This document shows positions 25,579 through 36,331 of a stretch of 36,331 nt of DNA, in pieces. A model generated the notes under the pieces. That model was not told where the DNA came from, did not search any database, and was given only the letters and a program-made list of their open reading frames with translations. The stretch's first letter is position 1. The number at the start of each line of letters is the position of its first letter. Location of the stretch: contig JBHJMP010001117.1 in NCBI GenBank assembly GCA_043381765.1, forward strand, positions 1 through 36,331, read 5' to 3'. Position numbers and translations under genes: made by a program. Source of the stretch: Collodictyon triciliatum (lineage: Eukaryota).

Positions 25579-26010
25579 TGTTTAACTAATATCGGCGCCG
25601 ATGATTGGGAATCTAAAACACTCATAACTATACTTTGGATTGAATAAAGGAAAAATATATCCGTAATTATTGAGACACTCACGGATGAAACCGAGCTTGC
25701 CGAGGCCGTACCTGAGCGACGAGACCAACAATCCAGCAAGAGTGCTAGGAAGGAAAGAGCTATTCGCATACCCAAGCCTATCATGGAATAACATACTGCT
25801 GAGAACGAGAGTTTAGACGAACTCAACGCACTGACCCAGCAGGAGACAAACTCGTTTCGGAGAAGCTGATTAACTCCAATAGTGCGATGAGGGAGAGAGA
25901 GAAAAAAATAGAAACATTGGACTGTTTGCTGAATGTTTTGAATATCATTGTGGCAAACACACTGGAAGGCGATTTCGACAAAACGCTTTTGCTCATATCC
26001 TTGATGTTAT
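25579..26010 (+). pseudogene. Possible highly degraded piggyBac-type (DDE_Tnp_1_7) transposase fragment
   Basis: Intron-free, coding-like stretch broken by stops and a frameshift. It carries WESKTLITIL, IPKPIME*HTAENESLDELN and LLNVLNIIVANT in the order of the piggyBac motifs WxDxKxVxxL, PxxIxxYNxxMGGVDxxD and LFxxxLNIxxxN. Resemblance judged by eye only. Confidence 0.3.
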
Positions 26011-26583
26011 GAAAGAGCCTCGCAGAAATCCCTTTGCATCTGACCAAACCTTATCTCAAAAGATAATGGGCATTCTGATTTCCATCCTCGATGCGCTGTG
26101 TTTCCTAGTGCATCAAGAATACCTGAAGAAAAACACAAATCATCCAAAGAGTCATCCGAGCAAAGCTGCAATGAGAAGATAATAGGAACTCGCTTTCTCA
26201 TCACACGCTTCACAAAAAATCAAGCCGAGATACAATCCGCCGCCACCAACAACAATAACATCAACAACCACAAATCAAGTTAAATCGACAGACACATGGA
26301 CATCGACTTCCTCCATATCTCGACACAGAGACCCTGGCATCAACAGAAAAGAACAAAGAGATGAAATAAAAAGAGGAAGGAAGGGACCCAAGCAGAATCG
26401 GAAAACACCGACACTGGTCCGGACGGAAAAGCAACAGACACGATTCGAGCAAGCACACGCACACATATCCACCGGAGCAGGAATCTACGGGACGGGTCTG
26501 TGGGACTGAATCGCTGGTCTTGTGTCTGTGTATTTGCACGGGCGACTCGCAGGCCACGGCCACAGCCAGACTCCGTTCTAGAC

Positions 26584-29500
26584 TCAGTTCCAGCCGGGGC
26601 CACTGCGGGGCGGATATCTGTTTGGCAAGGGCGGGGGATATGCGGAGTGCGGAACGTGCGGAACGTGCGGGGGTCTTGTGCGCTGAGACGGCTGAGACTC
26701 AATCATGTCCCGGTACTGGTACGGCTCCGCTGGCGGCAGAGGCAGAGGTGGCGGGTAGTGGGCTGCGACCTGCGGTGGGTGGCGGGCGTGGCTCTGTTGG
26801 ATGGTCATGAGTTTTGTGATATTTGATTGTGTTTCTTTTGTTTCTTGTGATAGTTGTGATAGATGTATGTTTCTGATTTTTAAAGTGGGGTTCTGCGATG
26901 AGTGGCATACGTCATATTGGTGTGCTTCGCGGTAGGCGTGGCCGCGGGGTGGGACTTCTGGTGGCAGTGAGCGGCTGTGGCTGTGGCTGTGGCTGTAATG
27001 ACTGTGGCTGTGGCTGTGGCTGTGGCTGACAGGATACGGTTTTGGTTGTGGACGAGGCTGAAGCTGCTGCATCCTCGTTTTGCATTCGACGATTACTTCT
27101 GAGGAGGAAGAAAAATACCGCTCTTCTATCTTGTATCCGTTTGGTGTGATTGAACCACTCTGTTGATGGGCGAGTTGAGAGCGATTGACATTAGCAAGAG
27201 CATATAAATTATTATTGTTGTTATTGGTTTAGCTTTTAGTGCGACATAGAAAGAACCAAACCGTATTGGAAACTTTGCCAAGTTGGAGACAGACAAAGAC
27301 AAAAGTAAGCGGATGGCGGTTATCCAGGTGAATACAGTACGGAACGGTTGATTTGTTGCGGGAGAGGAGCTTGAGATGGTCGAGTATCCGCAGAGGATAC
27401 AATAATGATAATAAATTGAAATAAAACCAAACATATCAATAAAACAAACAAATTTCGAGAAAGAAAAGTGCAAGTCAAGGAAAGACTGCGACCATGTTGA
27501 AATATTCATACGTGATTCTGTAAAGAGCACGTATAATTGATAAATTCACTGCAAATAATTTCTATATAGTCCAAAGTTCATATTTCAAGGTTTCGTTATT
27601 GATGTGCGTAACAAATGTGGATATCGACATGCTCTTTCGGTCCAATGAAGGCATTTTTGTGTGATTCCAGCTCTTGGATTCGCGAAATGATTGGTGTGAC
27701 ATAACTACACGTGGGCGATTGTTATGCTGCAAATGTTGAGAGAACACAAAGATAACACAAAGCATATGACACAAGAATACTCACTTATACATAGAAATGT
27801 AAACAAACAATATAAAAACATTTGGAAAAATATTATGTATTCTTTTTCTTCAAAAACATTGTATTGTCATTAGGAATTTTTTATTTTTGAAAAAAAAATA
27901 TTTTCATTAAGGCTACGAAAAAAAAAACTCTATACTCCGTACTCAGAAAAATTACATATTCATCATTTTTTTTCCCTTTATTCGATAATTTCATTCATCG
28001 TATTATTAATGTAGCCTGCAAACCTGACATGTATTTCATCCAAATCGTCGTATCTCTTGCCGTCCAGCAGCAGTGAACTCGATAGACTCACAGCCGATGT
28101 TTTTCCTTCTTCAATGATGGCTAAGAGCATTCAATATTTACTTTAGAGAAATATTGGTCAATTGTCGTTCAAGCTTTAGGTGATGGTGAAATAAAATTAT
28201 AGTTGAAGTCTTCGGTAGTGAGGAATGATTTATGCTTATTCACTGAGCTTAACTAATAGAATAATTGCACTTTCCTCTCCCCTTTTTTTTTCTATTTACA
28301 AAAAAAAAAAAAAAACCCTGTGAAAAAAAAAAAAAAAAAAAAACCAGAGGAATAGAAATAAAAATGATAAAAATAAAATAAAAACAAAAAAGGAGAAGTT
28401 ATATAAAATCAGTACCTCTGTGAACAATGCATTTGTCGCGCACCTTAAAGGATAAAGACAAATGATGGGCGCCCTTTGAGCTCGGCCTGAAGATAAAGTC
28501 ACCAGGCGCACCGTTATCGAGTCGGTCTTCTGCCTCTTCGAACGTAATGTTGAGGAAACAAGGATGCTGAATGGTTCTCGTAAAAAGCTTTGGCCGCTCC
28601 ATTGTCTTCTTTTCTAAGTCTGTGATGGAAAACACTTAATGAATCAGCTATGTGAAACATTTGATATCTTTCGAGAGATGACAATGGGAGTGAGTGGATG
28701 ACATTATCATGTGTTTATGCTTCAAGTTTTAATTATTCATTTCCTGTTCTTTTTTTTTAAAAAAAAAAAAAAGATTTTGTGAATGGATGACGTTAGTTTA
28801 TGATTGAAAGACAAGCCTCTTTGTGCTTTCATATCTTGCTCCTCCTCATATCGGTCATAAAATCCTCTGATTATGTCTTCGCATCTATACACTGGATTTT
28901 GCAAATCACTTGTGCGACAAGTCAGTTCTGCAGTAAATGCTTCGTAGTTGATATTGCGGATTTTGCACAGGATTGAGTCCTCTAGCGTGTTTATTCATCT
29001 CACATGAGTTATATGCAAGGCTAGAGCAGAGGATATTATGAAAATAGGATGAAAATGGGAGAAGTAATTATAAGTGAAGAGAACAAACGCTTCGACATTC
29101 GCATGCTACGAAACACACGATCTGATCTTTCATCACTGAAAAACTCCTCTGGTATAGAGGCGTCCAATCCATTGTCGAGTTTTCCATACATAACCGTGCT
29201 GCCATCGCCTATTCCTGTGAGAAGTAAAAGAGGATATGAGAAACGCGTACGTAAATGTGTAAATAAAAATAATTGGAATTGCAAATGTATGATTCAATAA
29301 AAAAAATAATCATGAAATAGATAGTTGATTGCGCTTTTTTTTACGGCCAATTCAATTTCTAAACAAACAAACAAACAAACAAACAAACAAACAAACAAAC
29401 AAACAAACAAACAAACAAACAAACAAACAAACAAACAAACAAACAAACAAACAAACAAACCAAGACAAAAACAAAAACATACTTATGTATTCGAAATTGA

Positions 29501-32500
29501 CCATCGCCCCAGGGCGGATGTTTTCTGGAGAATCGCCGATGAGTGAATAGAATAGCTCAGTACTATTTAACTTATCCTCATCGCTTCGGGGGTCATTGAA
29601 TGGAAGCATGAGCTCGTTCATGACAAAATTAACTTCATGAATGGATGAAACACGGCCATATTTATTACAAATATCTAATGCCAGCAAGGGTAAATCTAGA
29701 TGAAAAAACAGTTTTCGTTACTATTTTGTCAGAAAACAACTAGTGTGATGTTGGTACGTTTTATTTTATTTTTTCATTCTTAATCCATATTAATTGATAT
29801 CTCGCAGAATTTTTTTTATTTATTTTGCTTGTTCAGATTGCAGAATGTTCGAAAAGATAATAAATCACCTATTTTGGACAGATTTTCATAATCAAATAAC
29901 TCCACAGCTGAGTCTCTGCTTGGCTTCAGGATGGCCTTTAACTTTGACTGGATAGCTGATAAAACCTCGTTATTTTCAGTGAGATGAATTCTCGTGTTTC
30001 GGATTCGGAAAAGTCTTTCTCCAGAGGTGTCCACTAAACCAAGTATACTTATTGGATAAGCTCACGCACGAGTAGATATGCCCTCTTCATTTGAGATGGC
30101 ATAGGTATGGAGTATGACTTTGGCTGATTCGAATGTATTAAACGAAATATTCTTATCTGACATTACCCTCAATTCTGAGAAAAGCACAGCAGTTTCTAAA
30201 TACTACATCACCTACGTTGAATTCTCTCAACTCTTTTCTCATCTTAGGTACAGCCTGGCAATTAGTTTCGAGGAATAATATAAAAGCAATCAGTCAAACT
30301 ATGTTGGTTTCGGTGACTGCCCTCCGCAGTTTTTTAGAAAATATTTGCATTTGCTATTCTTTCCTTATACACATATTTGTTTATATATATATATTGATAC
30401 TTGATGAATATGGATTGATGCAATATGTAAAGAATGCAAAAATGAAAAAGCGTAATGACAAACTTTAGACGATAACTTCAGAAGTAAATCGTCTGCTTTG
30501 TGTTTTCCGAAACCAGGAACATATTTCAGCAATTCTCTTCCAAACTTGTAGCGGACATCCTTTAGACTAACACCGACTTGGGCAACAACGTTGAGGAATG
30601 CACGTTCGAGATACTTTAAGGCTTCATCTTTGGGCAGCTAATTATTAAAGTATTAAATTATTGTTATTTTTTTGTAAAAATAAATAAATGAAAAAAAGGC
30701 GCTAGATCAAATGATTTTAAAAAAACAACAAGGAAAAAGAAAACAAAACATCCGTCCATAATCTATTAAAATCGTATTAAATATAATTCAAAGAGTTATG
30801 GCAGGTTCGTCCTACAAAAGACTGTCTTAAATGCGCGTTGAGAGTCAAGATACTGTCGTTGCTACAAGTAACCACACCAAGTTCCTGAAGGGGATCCAAA
30901 AACCTTCGACCAACCGAAATACATTTCCTATCATTTATATACATAATAAATTATTATTTGCCCCAATTCCAAAATTCACGTAATGCGTGATTATGACAAA
31001 AAAAAAAATCAGCCTTGCTCATCCGTATTTATGTTTGGTATGTAATTATGAAGATGAAGGAAAACACAAAATCGTACCTTTGGTTTTCAGACAGCGATGA
31101 AAACTCTTCAGAGTATATCTTTTGTCGAGAAGCGATAATAGAAACATCAGACTTCACATAGAATATATCAAAATCCAACGTTTCATAATCAAATGAACGT
31201 CTCATCTGGGTAAGAATTGCTTCGAAATCGCGCATCTTTAGGCTGTCTGCAGCCAAAACAACTGCAGAGGGCGAATGTTTTCGCATAATGAGTTCTAATT
31301 GGACATTGTCGTTTCTGATGCGATTCTTTTCTGCTTCCTCAGTTCTGTTGGGATCGATTTTCTTCAACACTGCGTTAAAGCGTTTATGGTCGATTAAACT
31401 ACCAGTCGGGCCCAAGATTACAACATCAACGGTCTGGTCCATGATGCTGCACGCCGCAATAGTCGGATTCTGTGTAATTTGGGGTAGATGATTAATTTTT
31501 ATTTTAAGGTTATCTTTTGTTCTGTATGATAAAGTCTACTTTATTGGTTTAAAAGCCTGGGATTGGAAAAAGTGCAAACAGCTTTAGACATATTTTGGTA
31601 ATGAGGGCTTTAATCAGTATATTAAAAATTAAAGAAAAAGCGTTGATGGTGGGAGTGAGCCTACTTGGGATGTTTCCTTTGAGCGTGGGAAACGGTACGG
31701 TTTGGCCAAAAGCATTTTTTCCAGATTATCAGTGCATAACTGACCCAAATTTTCGATAGAATCATCGATCAGCTTTTGCTTGGCCAAACCGAGATAATAA
31801 TCAAACAAATACTTGTCTCTAACCTATGGATTGGGAGGAATGATATGTGAGAGAAAAAAATAAAGATTGCATTTCTTTCAAGATTCATATTTAGTTCATA
31901 ATACACTCATCGTTCTCCGAATTCCTATTGAATTATTCTCATCGAATATATCCTTCGAATAAAAAATATGATGAAAAGAAACCTCTTTCAGTATATGCAT
32001 TCTTTCTTTGTTCCATTTTGCGCCGATATCCGAGACTTCAGTGGATAAGTAACAATTCCGAAGTTTACTATTTAATTCAGTTGTTCGGTAAAGTCTTTCA
32101 GTCACTTTGATGAAACTATCTCGAACAGCTTGGTCGATAAGGAGGTAGTCGTATGTTTTGAAGAAATCACTTGTCTTGAATTCCTTCATGTATTTGTATT
32201 TCTATCGAAATAGAGCGAGAGACGAAAGTAAGAACGGTGAATATATTGGTAAATTAAGTTTTACAAAAAATAAAATAAAAATGAACCGATCGCATACATG
32301 CTTCATTTGATATGATAACTATTTTAAAACAATTAATTGCATCGCTTATATTTCGAGATAACTCGGCAGATGAAATAATCACTTGGTACATATGACATGA
32401 GCTGATTGATGTGCGCCCATATTGTGTTGGCTTGGAAGAAATCGTAAAATTATTTTCATACAACGGCCGAAAGTATTTCTTTATCCCAGGATTGTAGAAA

Positions 32501-35500
32501 ATTTCCAAGGCCAGGAATTTTTTAATTGCTATGTTATACAGAATGCATTATTACTAGGAATAAGAGCATAAGTATTTGGATATCATGTAAAAACTTGATT
32601 GGAACTGAGCTTATAAGTTACATAATCCTGAAGAAAAAAATCGATAGAATCAAAGCTATATCCTAATATATTGCGTTTTCATGTATTCGTATTTTCTACT
32701 GAGGGAATGAGGTATATATGATCACCTAGCAGCGCGTGATTCGCTTTCCGGTAAGTGCGAGAAAGGTGGTGCTGTTCAATGAATCGGGATACCATTTCAA
32801 CGGGACCCTCATCCAACGGGTCGACTTCGTGCTGAAGAGTGTCGCTTTCAAGATTTTCCAGGAATTTGGGGACGGATATTGACATTCTCTGTAAAGAGAC
32901 AAGAACAATTACATAAATTCTCAAATTAAGAAGGAAAAAAACTAAGTGTATGATTGTCTTTTTTTAGATGTACGTTTAGTTGAATATTTTTTCACCAAGA
33001 ATCTAAATGAAAAATACGTAACAAGTTTGATACAACGAACTTGATAGTAGTTTTAAATGTAGGTGAAAAAAATACTCTGGCAATTTGAAGAAGCTCTGAT
33101 TTGAGAAAAGAATGATAGAATGATTTTTGGCTTCCCATTTTCCACTCCACTGGCCCAAAGAAAGTGATGTATTTTTGAACATCATCCACTTCTGTTTCTG
33201 TAACAGCTTCATCAAGAAATGCGTTTGCCTGTCTGGACAAGTCGGGATGACTCTGGTTGAGGGTTTGTAATCCAAAATTAATATGTGAGAGAGAAGAGAA
33301 GGAAAAGACCTCGGGGTAGCAAGTCACTTGGTTTTGAGAAAATAAGATTTTTTTATGGATAAAATTCATGAAAATCTGAGTTTAATGTTGTTATATTGTG
33401 AATATAGTCATAGGTTTTCAGATATTATTATTTTGAAAAGATATAGAAAAATATTGGGCAATATCTAAACGATAAATAATCTATGTATACACTCAAAGGT
33501 TATCAAAGAGAACTGGGATTGTCAAAGTGAATCACCTCGCCGATAGACTTGATTTGGGCGCGGATATGCTTCATCTTGTTCAGAACTTTAATGTATTTCT
33601 TGTGCAGTTCGTAAATCTTCCACAATGATGTGACTGATATTTCAGGTTTGTATATATCTTTCTTGTAAACCATGATGTACGCAATTTCGAGTTTTTCGTT
33701 CATAATAAACCCCAAGATTTGTTGAATCTTTGGCACGAGCGTTTTTCGGTCAATTGATGGAAACTGGAGGGATATCCACTTTGCTTCGTCCTCAAAATCC
33801 TCTTCAGTTTCTGGCCATTCGGTAAAATCTATCTGTTTGTCCATAAATTTGAATTCGAGAACAGTTGTAGGAGATTAATGAGATGAGAATACTTATTATT
33901 ATATTACTTGACTTTGAATGTAAGTTCAATTTACTCATTTGAAAGACAAAGAGAAATTGTGTGCCTAAAATGAGAGGGGTGGCACGTACAATATGAATTG
34001 GGCCTGGGAGAGTGATAATGGTTAAAGAGATTGAAAAAAAGAAGGAAAACTACTTGATATCGCTCTGGGATATCAGTCTCAACTATAGCTCTAATTTTAT
34101 CCATGGAACTTGTATCGAAAATTTGCTATTTGAAATATTGTTTCGGTACTTTTTAGGATGTTAACGATTTCCAAAATATCATGGTAGAAGGGTCACGTTT
34201 GATGCAAGCACGTCCGTATTCTTTGTCTAACAAATCAAAGAGAAAGTCTACAGAATATTTATCATTTTCATTACATGCAATGGAAGTGATTGTTCCTGGT
34301 CATTTTCTTGCTCGTCGTACTATTATCACGTTCATTAATACGTATGGCTTTGATGTTTTCAATTCAGACTTATGTCTTCTTTGGCGTGGTAATAACTCTT
34401 GTATTTTAAGAACATAGCAAAAATTAATCCGTATTCCTCAATGATAACATATATGTAAGAAAAGAAAGTGATGTAACTATGGAGTGGAAAGGTTTTTGCC
34501 CTAGGTATTACCTCGTCTGGTCCATCAAGGTCAGCCTCGTCGATTCCAAAGTAAGCATCAAGGTCGTCGAAATTAGCTTCGTCCTCTTCTCGGTGAGAGC
34601 GTGGCGGCCGGTTTGCCCGACTCTGCGCTCGCCTCTGTTCTTTAGTCTCTTCGTCGATATCGTCGTCGTCATCCAGGTCCTCGCCATCGTCGTCTATGAA
34701 GTCTCCAAGATCCTCTTCAACCTCATCGTTGCTAATTGCAGACGATCAAAGTATGTCATGAATGAAATAGATGGAATAGATGGAATAGATGAAATAGATG
34801 GAATAGATGGAATAGATGGAATAGATGGAATAGATGGAATAGATGAAATAGATGAAATAGATGAAATAGATGAAATAGATGAAATAGATGAAATAGATGA
34901 AATAGATGAAATAGATGAAATAGATGAAATAGATGAAAGAGAGAGAGAGAGAGAATCAACAAACAAGTCGAGATTGTCCCCAGTCTGTTCTAAATCAATC
35001 GTTTCCACAGGGTCAGCTCCGCCTTTCCTTACAATCCTAGAGTTTGGAATTGCTGCCTGATGATTTTTTAAAAAAATAAAAATAAATGAATAACGTTACA
35101 ACCGTTTGTATAAACCCATTGTATTAATTTTCCTGCAACGTTTGTCATCAGTATATTATTTGAATGACGAAATACTATTGTATGAAGTAGATAAAGCAAA
35201 AAAGGTAATATCCTCTTATTGAAAAAAAAAAGGGAGACGGAAACGGAAAAAGGAAACAACATGGTATGGTGTGACAAACCCCAGTATACTCGAGCAACAG
35301 CAACTTGTCGTCCTCTTCCAGTTCTTCGTTGTGTCTCTTGCGCTTCTTCTTTTTCTCTTTGTGAGAAGAGCCCGACTTGCGCTTGTGGGCATCCTGGTCA
35401 TCACCATCGCCATCATCACGACTGCGGCCTTCGCGAGTTCCTGTCGTTGCCTCGTTACCTTCCTCTCCCTCCTCCTCTTCTTCCTCAAAGTTATCTTCAA

Positions 35501-36182
35501 CTAAGAAGTCGTCGGTCTGGTAATCATCTAGCGACTCATCATCATCCTCGTCCTCATCGCTGTCGCTCTTACTCGCGCTGTCATCATCACTGTCTTCGTC
35601 ATCGTCCAAATCCCTTCGTTTTGCCCGGCGTGATTTTTTCTTTTTGCTGCTTCTGCCATCACCGCCCCCGTCTTCATCGCTGGAATCCTTCTCCACTGCC
35701 TCGTCCTCCTCGCCGTCGTCTTCACCGTCTTGAGCAGATCGATCTTTAGACTTTTTGTGCTTCTTTTTCTTTTTCTTTTTCCTCTCGTGCTCCTTGTCTC
35801 TGTTCTTTTTCTTCTTGTGCCGACGAGCCGACTCATCGCCACTCTCGTTCTCATTGTCCTCCTCCTCGTTGTCCTCGTTGTCCTCGTTGTCTTCTTCCTG
35901 CCGCCGATGCTTTTTCTTCTTTTTCTTGTGCTTGTCTTTGTGTCTGTGTTTGCGGCTCGATCGCTCCCGCTCGTCCGGCGAATCGGCCCGTTCGTGGCCC
36001 TTTTTCTTTTTCTTTTTCTTCCTCGACTCGGACAACGCCGCTTCTGCGCCGGAGTCGCCTGCTGATTTCGACGGCCGATCACGCCTTTCACGTCGCGAAT
36101 CCTCCTCCTCTGACCGTGGCGATTCTGCGCCTGAAGCAGCGGATCCTTCTTCGCTGCTGTCTGCCCTTTCCTGGTCACTCAT
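26584..36182 (-). CDS. SPT6: Transcription elongation factor / histone chaperone Spt6 (complete, about 21 exons)
   Basis: Acidic/basic N-terminus with DDFLVED and LEEDDKLLL. Core motifs: TDIPERYQ, EAKWI...LWKIYELHKKY, WNKER, YqgF (CISVGRRFLDPLQEL), HhH (YVPGFGKHKA, FRNCCAFLRI, NTRIH), ELMLPFNDPR, and S1. Tandem SH2: RTIQHPCFLN...FIFRPSSKG, YDDLDEI, PYCIHLD, ITPNGY. His/Pro-rich tail ends GPGWN* (TGA 26586-26584). Confidence 0.97.
27384..27624 (-). other. Non-canonical Spt6 intron, candidate AT-AC (U12-type)
   Basis: 5' end ATATCCAC, 3' end ...GCGGATAC, and TTTCCTTGAC at 27483-27474. No AG is available where SH2 homology requires the next exon to start. Confidence 0.55.
28620..28816 (-). other. 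Probable GC-AG intron in Spt6
   Basis: AG|GCTTGT...CATCACAG|AC restores the frame (AQR-D-LEKKTMERPK). No phase-compatible GT donor nearby. Confidence 0.65.
29361..29460. repeat. (AAAC)n microsatellite in an Spt6 intron
   Basis: Directly visible. Confidence 0.95.
34762..34954. repeat. 9-mer minisatellite (GATGGAATA/GATGAAATA)n plus (GA)n in an Spt6 intron
   Basis: Directly visible; lies between donor GTTTGT near 34965 and acceptor ATTAG near 34732 on the minus strand. Confidence 0.95.
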
Positions 36183-36212
36183 ATCCCGCTGCGGTAGGGA
36201 CGCGAGAGAAAG

Positions 36213-36331
36213 GTTTTTTTGTTTTTGTTTTTTTTGTTTTGTTTTGTTTGTTTGTTTGTTTGTTTGTTTGTTTGTTTGTTTGTTTGTTTGTTTGTTTGTT
36301 TGTTTGTTTGTTTGTTTGTTTGTTTTTTTGT
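36213..36331. repeat. (TTTG)n / T-rich tract immediately upstream of the Spt6 ATG
   Basis: Directly visible. Confidence 0.95.

Noticed and set aside
26587-26601. Terminal GW in Spt6 as an Argonaute hook like plant SPT6L
   Set aside because: Only one GW dipeptide; AGO-hook platforms carry many WG/GW repeats.
34479-35060. 193-aa ORF with IDG/IDE repeats, or a CRISPR-like array
   Set aside because: An intronic 9-mer minisatellite antisense to Spt6, with no unique spacers and no cas genes, in a eukaryotic context.

Overview
Draft eukaryotic (probably protist) genomic scaffold: AT-rich, intron-dense (introns mostly about 75-350 nt with relaxed GT donors), with many microsatellites and five N-gaps. 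Splicing exons by hand gives, in order: a 5'-truncated GAF + class I cyclic-nucleotide phosphodiesterase (+), a TMEM184/OST-alpha membrane protein (-), an unresolved spliced gene (-), TPX2 with its Aurora-binding N-terminus (+), an ADCK1/ABC1 atypical kinase cut off by a gap (+), two exons of a Mei2-like RRM3 protein stranded between gaps (+), a well-supported but unrecognised 10-exon gene (-), a possible degraded piggyBac-like transposase, and a complete Spt6 (-). The most notable observation is an Spt6 intron in the second SH2 domain that has no usable GT-AG boundaries. It reads best as an AT-AC minor-spliceosome intron with an unusually distant consensus branch point and complementary ends, though a single-base error in a GT-AG acceptor is a real alternative. 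All gene models are manual and were not checked by database search.
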